From assembly GCA_016928015.1 (NCBI GenBank), contig JAFGLQ010000041.1, positions 1-56,679 on the forward strand: a stretch of DNA of 56,679 nt, in the 5' to 3' direction. Source of the DNA: Dehalococcoidaceae bacterium (lineage in GTDB: Bacteria > Chloroflexota > Dehalococcoidia > Dehalococcoidales > CSSed11-197). The notes below the pieces were generated by a model. That model did not search any database and had not been told where the DNA came from. It saw only the letters and a program-made list of their open reading frames with translations. Positions 16,855-25,118 of this stretch are shown one piece after another. The translations under genes and the position numbers were made by a program. Each line of letters opens with the position of its first letter. Positions within the stretch are counted from its first letter, which is position 1.

Positions 16855-17769
16855 TTAACCCAGTTCTATCATGCGCTCGACCGCTTGCAGCGCCCGGCCC
16901 CTGATACCATCTGCTACTTTAACCTCTCCAGCCATATGCTGTAAAGAGGCAAGGACATTGTCCAGGCGGATTAGCTGCATATTTTTACATTTGGCTTTAT
17001 CTGAAGCGGCAATGAAGGTATTGGAGGGGCTCTCTTTTCGCAGCCGGTACAGCATGCCGGCATCTGTTGCCACAATTATTTCATTGCCCCGCGATTGGCG
17101 GCAGTAGCGTACCATACCGCCGGTACTGAGTACTTCATCGGCCAGCGCCAGCACTTCCAGCCGGCATTCCGGGTGGGCTATTACCACGGCCTCGGGGTGC
17201 TCATCTTTGCGTTTAAGAATATGTTCCGGCATGATGCCGGCATGGACCGGGCAGTAACCCGGCCAGAATTTAATATTTTTACCTGTTTGGGATTGTACGT
17301 AGGCGCCGAGGTGCTGATCCGGTACGAAAAGTATATCGTTAGTGTCCAGGCTGTCGACTATCTTGACGGCATTGGCTGAAGTACAGCATATGTCGGAGAG
17401 GGCTTTGACGGCGGCTGTTGAGTTTACATAAGTAACGACGGTATAGCCCGGCAACTCCTTCTTGCGGGCGTCGAGTTCTTCAGCAGTAACCATATCGGCC
17501 ATCGGGCAGCCTGCATCGGGGACCGGCAAGAGAACAGTCTTGTGAGGCGAAAGGATGGAAGCGGTTTCGGCCATGAAGTGAACTCCGCAGAACACGATTA
17601 CTTCTGCGCCGGTGCTGGCGGCCAGACGGCTGAGTTCCAGAGAGTCGCCGACAAAATCGGCAATCTCGTGGATTTCCGGCCGCTGGTAGTTGTGTACCAG
17701 TATTACCGCTTGCCTCTGCTCCTTGAGAAGGTTGATCTTTCTGACAATATCGGATTTGGGCTCGATCAT
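16855..17769 (-). CDS. nadA: quinolinate synthase
   Basis: 304 aa from the internal ATG. NadA-like sequence begins at MIEPKSDIVRKINLLKEQRQAVILVHNYQ. Conserved Cys residues are present for the 4Fe-4S cluster. The ATG overlaps the fdhD TGA (ATGA). Confidence 0.85.
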   Translation of the reverse strand: MIEPKSDIVRKINLLKEQRQAVILVHNYQRPEIHEIADFVGDSLELSRLAASTGAEVIVFCGVHFMAETASILSPHKTVLLPVPDAGCPMADMVTAEELDARKKELPGYTVVTYVNSTAAVKALSDICCTSANAVKIVDSLDTNDILFVPDQHLGAYVQSQTGKNIKFWPGYCPVHAGIMPEHILKRKDEHPEAVVIAHPECRLEVLALADEVLSTGGMVRYCRQSRGNEIIVATDAGMLYRLRKESPSNTFIAASDKAKCKNMQLIRLDNVLASLQHMAGEVKVADGIRGRALQAVERMIELG

Positions 17770-18536
17770 GTGTTTATTCTCCAGTGATGGGTATAGCTTG
17801 TTACGGCGCCTTCTTTGGAACACCTTAACAGGGTTATGCCGGTTTTTTCCGCCAGTTCGATGCCCGTATCGGTCGGCACCGCTTTGGTCAACAGTATGGG
17901 AACCCGCCTCAGAGCCACTTTCAGCAGCATTTCGGAAGACACACGCCCGGAAAGGATTACCAGGTGTTTCCCGGTATCGATGCCCGAAACCAGGCACTGG
18001 CCGAATACCTTGTCCAGAGCGTTGTGGCGGCCGATATCATCTTTGAAAACCATGATCTTTTCCGGACTGGCCAGCGCAGAACTGTGCACTCCGCGAGTAG
18101 TAATGTATGTCGGTGAAGCATTGAGAAACAGGTTCATCAACCGTGACGCCTGGGCTGCCGTCAAGCAGGTTTGTGTGTCTGTGACCGGCATAAGCCCCTT
18201 GCGTTCGAAGGATTTTCCCTTACCGCCGCCGGTGGCGATTAACGGCTTGAAGGACGGCGGGGCCTCGACCGTTGCAAACGTTTCAACTTCGGCAGTCTGG
18301 TTAGGGGTATCAACGGTGATGCTTTTTATATCCTCATACTGCCGGATCAACCCCTCGGAAAAAAGTATACCCAGCACCAGGTGTTCCAGGTCCGCCGGTG
18401 TGCAAAGAGTAGTAACCAGTTCGGCACCATTAAGCCGGATGCTGAGAGCGAACTCGCAGCACACCGTTTCATCTACCCGGCGGCTGCCCTCAGGGCCGTG
18501 CCTGAAAGCCGAAACTTGTATTGTTTTACTGTTCAA
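17766..18536 (-). CDS. fdhD: formate dehydrogenase accessory sulfurtransferase FdhD
   Basis: 256 aa. Contains EFALSIRLNG, DLEHLVLGILFSEGLI, RGVHSSAL, DIGRHNALDK and LSGRVSSEMLLKVA. Confidence 0.85.
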   Translation of the reverse strand: MNSKTIQVSAFRHGPEGSRRVDETVCCEFALSIRLNGAELVTTLCTPADLEHLVLGILFSEGLIRQYEDIKSITVDTPNQTAEVETFATVEAPPSFKPLIATGGGKGKSFERKGLMPVTDTQTCLTAAQASRLMNLFLNASPTYITTRGVHSSALASPEKIMVFKDDIGRHNALDKVFGQCLVSGIDTGKHLVILSGRVSSEMLLKVALRRVPILLTKAVPTDTGIELAEKTGITLLRCSKEGAVTSYTHHWRINT

Positions 18537-18553
18537 ATTCTTCTTGCCGTCAG

Positions 18554-19609
18554 TTAAAATTTACCTTCCAGCGCATTGTAAAACGCCCGCCAGAACGGGT
18601 CAACAATGGGGTGAACCAGGCTGGTTTCCCTGCCTTGCCTGACCAGGACCATGCCGTCTTCCGGACCGGTCATCTCGCCGGCAATCGAGGCAAGGATCCC
18701 CCTGGCGTTGAGGACACTGACAACCTCTTCGGCTTTGTGCGGCCGGCAAAGCACGATAAGGGTGCCCTCTGAAATGGAAGCGTAAGGGTCGATTTTGAAA
18801 AACCGGCAGATCTCATTTACAGTGTCTTCCACCACGATTTTTTCAAGTTCCACCCTGACTCCCAGCCCGGCGGCTTCAGCCAGTTCGTAAAGCCCGCCCC
18901 AGATACCGCATTCAGTGGCATCGTGCATGGCGCTGACGCCTTCGTCCCGGACGCCGACGGTTATGGCGGCCAGAGCATCTTCTACCGTGGTCATCTTATA
19001 AAATACACCTTCGGCCTTTTGACGGAACTCAGAGCCGAACTCTGTTTCGATTATAGCCGGAAACATGGCGGCAAATATACCAACGGCTTCTATTGCCGGC
19101 CCCTTGGAAATGATGACCTTGTCACCTTTGCGGGCGAACCTGGGAGTAACGTATTCATCCAAACCGCCTACACCGATAACAGTAGCCCCGCCAACCATGG
19201 GATAATGGCAGTTTTCATATCTGCCGGTATGGCCGGTGATGATATTGATGCCAAGGTTTTCACATTCGCGGTGCATGGCGTCCCACATGATGGTGAGTTC
19301 ACGTTTGGTCATATTCATGGGAAGGTTGAGGTCTATGCTCAAGTACCTGGGCTTGAGACCGGATGTAGCCGAGTCCGAGGCCAGGATATTGATGGCAAAC
19401 CAGGCTGCCCTTTCCCACCCGTATTCAGGTACGATAAACACCGGGTCGGTGGTGAACGATACCGCCATATTGCCGATTTCGGCAATGCCTACATCTGTAC
19501 CGTGTTTCGGGCCTACCAGCACATCCTTATTCTTTGCCCCCAGGCGAGGGAATATGATTTCGCTGAATATGTCAGCTGAAACCTTGCCTATTTCGGGTAT
19601 TTCTGCCAT
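18554..19609 (-). CDS. AIR synthase-related protein (PurM/HypE/ThiL/SelD superfamily), function unknown
   Basis: 351 aa. PurM-type N-domain (GTDVGIAEIGNMAVSFTTDPVF...AINILASDSATSGLKP) and C-domain (GDKVIISKG). It lacks the SelD N-terminal Cys/Sec-Lys loop and the HypE C-terminal Cys. Confidence 0.7.
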   Translation of the reverse strand: MAEIPEIGKVSADIFSEIIFPRLGAKNKDVLVGPKHGTDVGIAEIGNMAVSFTTDPVFIVPEYGWERAAWFAINILASDSATSGLKPRYLSIDLNLPMNMTKRELTIMWDAMHRECENLGINIITGHTGRYENCHYPMVGGATVIGVGGLDEYVTPRFARKGDKVIISKGPAIEAVGIFAAMFPAIIETEFGSEFRQKAEGVFYKMTTVEDALAAITVGVRDEGVSAMHDATECGIWGGLYELAEAAGLGVRVELEKIVVEDTVNEICRFFKIDPYASISEGTLIVLCRPHKAEEVVSVLNARGILASIAGEMTGPEDGMVLVRQGRETSLVHPIVDPFWRAFYNALEGKF

Positions 19610-19699
19610 TGGTAAATCATTCTCCTCTCATATTGGTTTGAATAATACAGCCGCCCCGCTGAAAAAGCCAGCAGAAGCGGCCGGCTGGAAGTCTATGCG

Positions 19700-20896
19700 C
19701 TAGGACTGTGCCTTTTTTTCGGCTCGCAGGCGGGCGACAAGCTTGGGCAATTCCTCCAGGGTTTTATCAATATCGGCATCGGTGGTCCATTTTCCCAGCG
19801 AAAAACGCAGGGCTCCCTGGGCTTGTTCTACACTGCGGCCCAGGGCCATCAGCACATGGGAAGGAGTAACGCCGGCGGCGGTGCAGGCTGCTCCGGCGCT
19901 GGCACAGATACCGTGCTTGTTGAGTTCCCAGCTCATGGAGAAATAATCCTCCGGTTTTTCCTTTGGACCGTGTTTTTCGATAGCCACCCCGTCGAAACAG
20001 AAGTTGGCATTATTGGGCAGGCGGTTTGCCGTATCGCCGTTTAGAACGACACCTTCGATATTCTGCATTACCCCGTTTATCAGCCTGTCCCTTAGCGGCT
20101 TGAGGCGCTGGATTTCGGCGTCCATATCCCTGCTGGCTACCTGGGCGGCTTTGCCGAATCCCACGATGAGCGGTACCGATTCGGTTCCGGAGCGGATACC
20201 CCTCTCCTGACCGCCGCCGTAAATTATGGGGGCAATTTGAGAACCCTGCCGTATATAAAGGGCTCCGATGCCTTTTGGACCGTAGAATTTGTGAGCCGTC
20301 AGCGACAGCATATCCACTCCGAGTTCTTTGACATCGATACGGGACCGGCCGATAGCCTGAACAGCATCGGTATGGCAGTAGATGCCGTATTCCAGGGCGA
20401 TGCCGGCAATTTCCTTGACCGGTTGAATTGTGCCGATTTCGTTGTTGGCGAAAATAGTAGAGATGAGTATGGTATCGTCGGTTATCGCCTGGCGGATTTT
20501 TTCGACATCCACGATACCGTTGGGTTCGACCGGTACAAAAGTAACTGAAAAACCGTTTTTCTCCAGATGGTGACAGGTTTCGAATACGGCATGGTGTTCA
20601 ATGTTGGTCACTACGATATGGTTGCCCAAGTCTTTGGAAACAGCCGCGGTTCCCATGAGCGCCAGGTTATCGGCCTCGGTGCCACCGCTGGTGAAAATTA
20701 TCTCCTCGACACCGGCGTTGATAAGTTCGGCTACCCGGGCACGGGCTTGCTCAACCGCCAGGCGGGCCTCCTTGCCCTTTTCATGGATGGAAGAAGCATT
20801 GCCGTATTTCTCGATAAAGTAAGGCAGCATGGTTTCCATGACTTCAGGGTGCACCGGGGTGGTGGCGGAATAATCAAGATAAACCGGTTTTTCCAT
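19700..20896 (-). CDS. nifS: cysteine desulfurase (NifS/IscS class I)
   Basis: 398 aa from the ATG at 20896 (AAGGAGG 8 nt upstream). Contains VYLDYSATTP, a PLP-Lys region SLTAHKFYGPKGIGALY, and the active-site loop SAGAACTA. Confidence 0.85.
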   Translation of the reverse strand: MEKPVYLDYSATTPVHPEVMETMLPYFIEKYGNASSIHEKGKEARLAVEQARARVAELINAGVEEIIFTSGGTEADNLALMGTAAVSKDLGNHIVVTNIEHHAVFETCHHLEKNGFSVTFVPVEPNGIVDVEKIRQAITDDTILISTIFANNEIGTIQPVKEIAGIALEYGIYCHTDAVQAIGRSRIDVKELGVDMLSLTAHKFYGPKGIGALYIRQGSQIAPIIYGGGQERGIRSGTESVPLIVGFGKAAQVASRDMDAEIQRLKPLRDRLINGVMQNIEGVVLNGDTANRLPNNANFCFDGVAIEKHGPKEKPEDYFSMSWELNKHGICASAGAACTAAGVTPSHVLMALGRSVEQAQGALRFSLGKWTTDADIDKTLEELPKLVARLRAEKKAQS

Positions 20897-21024
20897 ACCC
20901 ATTTCCTCCTTGCGCCGGCTGGTGCTGCTGGACGGCTGTAGCCGGTTCCAGGTTGAGTAAATGTTATATTTCAGGCCCGGGTTTGTCAATCAGAAGAGCT
21001 TGTTGCTGAGTGAGGCCGTACTGG

Positions 21025-21807
21025 TCAGGCGGGCTTGGTCTTGGCTTGCCCCTGGCCGTTGCGGGGTTTATAAACGAACCGGGAAAGCAGAATGGACAGT
21101 TCCAGCAGTAAAATCAACGGTATGGCGATCACGGACTGGTTAATCGGGTCGAACGTGGGTGTAACTATAGCGGCGACTACAAAGGCAAGAACAATCCACC
21201 ACCTGCGTTTGGAAGCCAGCCATTGCGGCGTTACCAGCCCCATACGGGCCATGAACATGATGATAACCGGGGTTTCGAAGATGAAACCGACCCCCAGGAT
21301 TAACCGGGTTACCACGTCAAGGTAGTTGGAAATACGGATCTGGGTTTCCGCCTGTTCTTTTAGAAAATCGAGTAAAAAACCCATTGCCGGCGGCATGGCG
21401 ACATAATAGGCAAACGCAACACCAGCCAGGAACATGAACACCACGAATGGCAGTATGGTAAATACGTAGCGTTTTTCCCGGGAGGTTAAAGCCGGCGCTA
21501 CGAAAGCAAACAGCTGGTAAACCAGAACCGGCATGGCCATGATCACACCACCGGCCAAGCTGACCCTGAAGAAGACCCCCAGGTTTTCGGTGAGTTCAAT
21601 GGCTATCAGATCTACATTACCGGCGGGTTGTTTCAAGAATTCAATAATGCTTTCGGCGAAAATGAATGCCACGGCGGTAGTTATCACCAGGGCAACGACC
21701 GACTTTATCAGCCGGTCCCGCATCTCCGTCAGATGAACCATGATGGGCATGCCCTGGGTTTCTGTTTCGCCGGCGCCGGAATCGTTCCGGGGTGGGGTTT
21801 TAGCCAT
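21025..21807 (-). CDS. tatC: twin-arginine translocase subunit TatC
   Basis: About 260 aa with 6 TM helices. Contains HLTEMRDRLIKSVVALV and the FAFVAPAL..REK motif. Its start overlaps the tatB-like stop by 8 nt. A later Met (MPIMVHL) is also possible. Confidence 0.85.
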   Translation of the reverse strand: MAKTPPRNDSGAGETETQGMPIMVHLTEMRDRLIKSVVALVITTAVAFIFAESIIEFLKQPAGNVDLIAIELTENLGVFFRVSLAGGVIMAMPVLVYQLFAFVAPALTSREKRYVFTILPFVVFMFLAGVAFAYYVAMPPAMGFLLDFLKEQAETQIRISNYLDVVTRLILGVGFIFETPVIIMFMARMGLVTPQWLASKRRWWIVLAFVVAAIVTPTFDPINQSVIAIPLILLLELSILLSRFVYKPRNGQGQAKTKPA

Positions 21808-22408
21808 TGGCTGCCTCGGACCCGCTGCCGGGTTTATCAGTATCGGTGGTGGCCTCCTGGACACGGCTCTCCACCACTTCTTTCAGGTCCTGAGCTTCTT
21901 CTTCAAGTGTCTGCTGCAGCTGTTCGCCGCCTTTTTCTACCGCTTCGGTCAGCTTGCGGGAATCTTCGGCGATGGATTCTTTAAGTTCAGCGGCTTCCTG
22001 TTCCAGGTCTGTGCTTATTTCCTCGATGCTTTCGCTGAGTTCCTGACTCATTTCCCGGCTGTCGCTCTGGATTCCAGAGACAATTTCATCGGCATCCTTG
22101 CTCAGGGATTCGGTCATTTGCCTGGCTTCTGAATCTACGGCGCCCTTGAGTTCATCGGCATCTTCATTCAAGGATTTTCTTAACTGGGAGATATCATCAC
22201 GCACGGACCTGAAATCATCGGCAATGCCTCCCTCACCGTCCTCGTCATCTATACCCAGTGCTTTGGTCATTTCACCGGTGAGCCCGGAAGCCATCTTGCG
22301 AAATTCACGGTAGTACCGTCCTGCCTTGCGAGCGTATTCCGGAAGCTTATCCGGGCCCAGTACGATAAGGGCAACCACCAGCACCAGCAGTATCTCCATT
22401 ATGCCCAT
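21800..22408 (-). CDS. tatB: TatB-like Sec-independent translocase component with long acidic helical tail
   Basis: The N-terminus MGIMEILLVLVVALIVLGPDKLPEYARKAGRYYREFRK is a TatA/B TM plus amphipathic helix. It is followed by about 150 aa of D/E/S-rich repetitive sequence. Confidence 0.7.
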   Translation of the reverse strand: MGIMEILLVLVVALIVLGPDKLPEYARKAGRYYREFRKMASGLTGEMTKALGIDDEDGEGGIADDFRSVRDDISQLRKSLNEDADELKGAVDSEARQMTESLSKDADEIVSGIQSDSREMSQELSESIEEISTDLEQEAAELKESIAEDSRKLTEAVEKGGEQLQQTLEEEAQDLKEVVESRVQEATTDTDKPGSGSEAANG

Positions 22409-22499
22409 ATCAGATTAACTCTCTCAGCCTTTTCAGACGTCCGGACGGTTTATTTGGCAGTTGTAAAATAAACGAACCCGCAATTCGAATGTATAGCAA

Positions 22500-22712
22500 C
22501 TAATCCAGCTTTCTTATAACCTTTTTCTTCTTGACGGTTGGCTTCGGTTCTTCGGTTCCGGGAGCGTCCTTTTTCTTGCCCCGAAGAAAAGATGCCCCTT
22601 TGCCAATGCCCTTGCCGATAAACTCGGTTACCTGGGGCAGTTTGCCGACACCGAAAATAATTATCAGTATGACAATTATAAGGACTATTTCCAGTGGACC
22701 AGGTGGCCGCAT
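22500..22712 (-). CDS. tatA: twin-arginine translocase subunit TatA/E (copy 1)
   Basis: N-terminus [28 protein letters not shown]... ATG at 22712 with GGGAGGG 7 nt upstream. Confidence 0.8.
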   Translation of the reverse strand: MRPPGPLEIVLIIVILIIIFGVGKLPQVTEFIGKGIGKGASFLRGKKKDAPGTEEPKPTVKKKKVIRKLD

Positions 22713-22862
22713 AATCACACCCTCCCTTGCTCGGAGCCGGATTCAAGAGCAGGCGCAACCCGGCTCCTGGAAATTAACGAAGGAAAATATTTCAAATTGC
22801 GAAGAAACATCCCGCACCATGAGCCGGAAAAAGCTCAACAGCCCGAGCCGGTTACATGGTCG

Positions 22863-23168
22863 TTAAACTTCGGCTGAAGTATCGCCAGCTTCGGATTCGG
22901 CCGGTTTGGCTTCTTCCGGGGCGCTGGACTCTCCAGCTTCACTTTTCGCCGGTGCTGTTTTCTTTACTGTTTTCTTAGTCTTGCGTTTTGCCTTTTTCTT
23001 GGTGGTTTTATCGGCAGCTTCTTCATCGTCTTCGCCTTTGGCGCCACGGCGGAAGGCATTGATCCCTTTACCCAGTGCCGCGCCTACCTGAGGCAGTTTG
23101 CCGACACCGAAAACTATGAGAATGATGAGCAGGATTAAACCTATTTCCAGAGGACCTGGTGGCCGCAT
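22863..23168 (-). CDS. tatA: twin-arginine translocase subunit TatA/E (copy 2)
   Basis: N-terminus [42 protein letters not shown], followed by a basic/acidic tail. GGGAGGA Shine-Dalgarno. Confidence 0.8.
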   Translation of the reverse strand: MRPPGPLEIGLILLIILIVFGVGKLPQVGAALGKGINAFRRGAKGEDDEEAADKTTKKKAKRKTKKTVKKTAPAKSEAGESSAPEEAKPAESEAGDTSAEV

Positions 23169-23314
23169 AACTTTTTCCTCCCTAAGATTGTCTCAAAATA
23201 CTCTGGTTACTGTTAGTCAGAGGATAAGGGCATAGTTTTGAACGCTGTAACTAGCTTTCAATGATACACCAACCAAAAATTGATGTCAATTTGACCGGCT
23301 TTGTTGATACTGAC

Positions 23315-23342
23315 TTGATTAAGAATTATCAACCGTTATAAT
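23315..23342 (+). promoter_or_regulatory. candidate sigma70-type promoter of the fol operon
   Basis: TTGATT (23315-23320), a 16-nt spacer, then TATAAT (23337-23342), about 60 nt upstream of folP. Confidence 0.4.
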
Positions 23343-23400
23343 ATCATGGAACAAGAAGCGTACGGGCAATCCGGAAAGCGCCCGGTAATGGCAGAAAGGC

Positions 23401-24225
23401 ATGAAAGCGGTGCGAATAGGCGGAGTTGATTTTAACTGGGGCCAGCGGACTTACGTCATGGGGATTATAAACGTGAGCCCGGATTCATTTTCAGGTGACG
23501 GGCTTACCGGTATCGAAAACGCTGTCGAACAGGCCAGGAGCTTCGTTGCAGCCGGTGCCGACATTCTGGACATAGGCGGAGAATCGACCCGTCCCGGTTC
23601 GGAGCCGGTAGCCGTTGAAGAAGAAATGAGGCGGGTTATCCCGGTTATAGAAAGGATTGCAGCACAACTGCCGGTACCGCTGAGCATCGATACGTATAAG
23701 CCCGAAGTAGCCCGGCGGGCACTGGAAGCCGGGGCGGACATGTTAAATGACATCTGGGGGCTTAAAAAGAGTTGTGAACTGGCGGTGATTGCGGCTGAAC
23801 GCGGGGTTCCGATAATTCTGATGGCCAACCAGCGGGAGGAACCGGCTGAAAATATCGTCCCCGCCGTAATCGCCGACCTTGACCGGGCGGTAGAATTAGC
23901 TCTGGCTGCCGGAGTCGCAGAGGAAAACATTATTCTGGACCCGGGAATCGGTTTTGGCAAGACAGTTGAACAGAACCTTGAACTCATTCGTTGCCTGGAT
24001 AAACTCAGGGTTTTGAAAAAACCCCTGCTGCTGGCTACTTCGCGGAAATCCGTTATCGGGCAGATACTTGGACTTGCCGAAAATGAGCGGGTGGAGGGTA
24101 CGGCAGCTACCGTCGCCATAGGGATTGCCTCAGGCGCCGATATTATCCGTGTCCATGACGTGCTGGCCATGTCGCGCGTGGCACGCATGAGTGATGCCAT
24201 TGTAAGGAGTAGAAATGAGCGATAG
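23401..24225 (+). CDS. folP: dihydropteroate synthase
   Basis: 274 aa. Contains MGIINVSPDSFSGDG, DIGGESTRPG, SIDTYK, DPGIGFGK and RVHDV. Confidence 0.9.
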   Translation: MKAVRIGGVDFNWGQRTYVMGIINVSPDSFSGDGLTGIENAVEQARSFVAAGADILDIGGESTRPGSEPVAVEEEMRRVIPVIERIAAQLPVPLSIDTYKPEVARRALEAGADMLNDIWGLKKSCELAVIAAERGVPIILMANQREEPAENIVPAVIADLDRAVELALAAGVAEENIILDPGIGFGKTVEQNLELIRCLDKLRVLKKPLLLATSRKSVIGQILGLAENERVEGTAATVAIGIASGADIIRVHDVLAMSRVARMSDAIVRSRNER

Positions 24226-24721
24226 GCTTGTAACCGTATATCTTGGCCTGGGGTCCAATATGGGCAGCCGCAGCCAGAACCTGGAAAAAGCGCTCGGTTA
24301 TATCACTCAACGGATGCGCCTTATAAAGAAATCCTCGGTATATGAAACCGAACCCGTGGGTAATACCGAACAACCGAAATTCTTAAACATGGTATGTGAA
24401 GTAAAAACCATGCTGACGCCCGAAACATTGTTACTGCTTACCAAAGGCGTGGAACAGAAGTTGGGCCGGCCTGCCAAACACCCCAAGGACTCACCCAGGA
24501 CCATTGATATCGACATATTGTTTTACGGAGACCAGGTGTTTTCCAGCCCCGACTTGATAATTCCGCACCCGCGGTTGTCCAAAAGGGCTTTCGTGCTGGT
24601 GCCGCTCAATGAAATTGCACCTGAACTGGTTGACCCCGCCAGCGGCAAACAAATCGCCGAACTCTTGAAAGAAGTCCAGAAGGGTATCCGGGGTGTACAC
24701 AAAATCGGAGGTTGTGAATAG
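24215..24721 (+). CDS. folK: 2-amino-4-hydroxy-6-hydroxymethyldihydropteridine diphosphokinase (HPPK)
   Basis: 168 aa. Contains YLGLGSN, SSVYETEPVG...QP.FLN, RTIDIDIL and IPHPRL..RAFVL.PL. It overlaps folP by 11 nt. Confidence 0.9.
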   Translation: MSDRLVTVYLGLGSNMGSRSQNLEKALGYITQRMRLIKKSSVYETEPVGNTEQPKFLNMVCEVKTMLTPETLLLLTKGVEQKLGRPAKHPKDSPRTIDIDILFYGDQVFSSPDLIIPHPRLSKRAFVLVPLNEIAPELVDPASGKQIAELLKEVQKGIRGVHKIGGCE

Positions 24722-24722
24722 A

Positions 24723-25100
24723 ATGTATCTGGTCAACGTTGAAAGACATTTCGATGCCGCCCATTACCTGAGGGGGTACCAGGGCAAGTGTGAAAGCCTT
24801 CACGGCCATCGCTACCAGGTTGCGGTACGCCTCAAGGTAAATGGAACAGATGAAACAGGGCTTGCTTATGATTTTACCCGTCTCAAAAAGGAAGTCGATG
24901 TGTTACTGGAGCGGTTCGATCATACCTGCCTGAACGAGGTAGAGCCATTCCGGGAGATAAATCCTTCGGCGGAAAATATTGCCCGTACAGTTTACCACGG
25001 CCTTGAGGCCGCATTGGGCAAGCTGCCGGCGGGGGCCGCTCTTGATGCCGTTACCATCTGGGAATCACCCGACTCCTGGGTCGAGTTCAGGCCGGATTAA
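24723..25100 (+). CDS. queD: 6-carboxytetrahydropterin / 6-pyruvoyltetrahydropterin synthase family protein (COG0720)
   Basis: 125 aa from MYLVNVERHFDAAHYL. Metal and catalytic motif GKCESLHGHRYQV. Its ATG is 1 nt after the folK stop. The gene symbol is tentative (see finding). Confidence 0.75.
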   Translation: MYLVNVERHFDAAHYLRGYQGKCESLHGHRYQVAVRLKVNGTDETGLAYDFTRLKKEVDVLLERFDHTCLNEVEPFREINPSAENIARTVYHGLEAALGKLPAGAALDAVTIWESPDSWVEFRPD

Positions 25101-25118
25101 CTGAAGCCGCCCGGCAAG

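Noticed and set aside
17770-17997. 76-aa N-terminal extension of nadA on the ORF track (similar extensions on nifS 20897-20989, tatC 21808-21864, cobJ 52987-53055, the antiporter 7438-7533 and the 53817 gene 54948-55010)
   Set aside because: The extensions overlap upstream genes or lack family similarity. Internal starts with good Shine-Dalgarno sequences coincide with the beginning of conserved family sequence.
17815-18642. 275-aa plus-strand ORF
   Set aside because: It is antisense to fdhD and to the end of the PurM-like gene. Its Ser/Arg/Pro-rich composition marks it as a shadow ORF. The same reasoning applies to 23451-24200 (antisense folP), 6143-7441 (antisense antiporter), 49895-50770 (antisense oadB/clpC), 18923-19579 and 3478-3996.
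18554-19609. Calling the PurM-like protein selenophosphate synthetase SelD
   Set aside because: It lacks the N-terminal glycine-rich loop with the Cys/Sec-Lys pair typical of SelD. Only superfamily-level similarity can be claimed.
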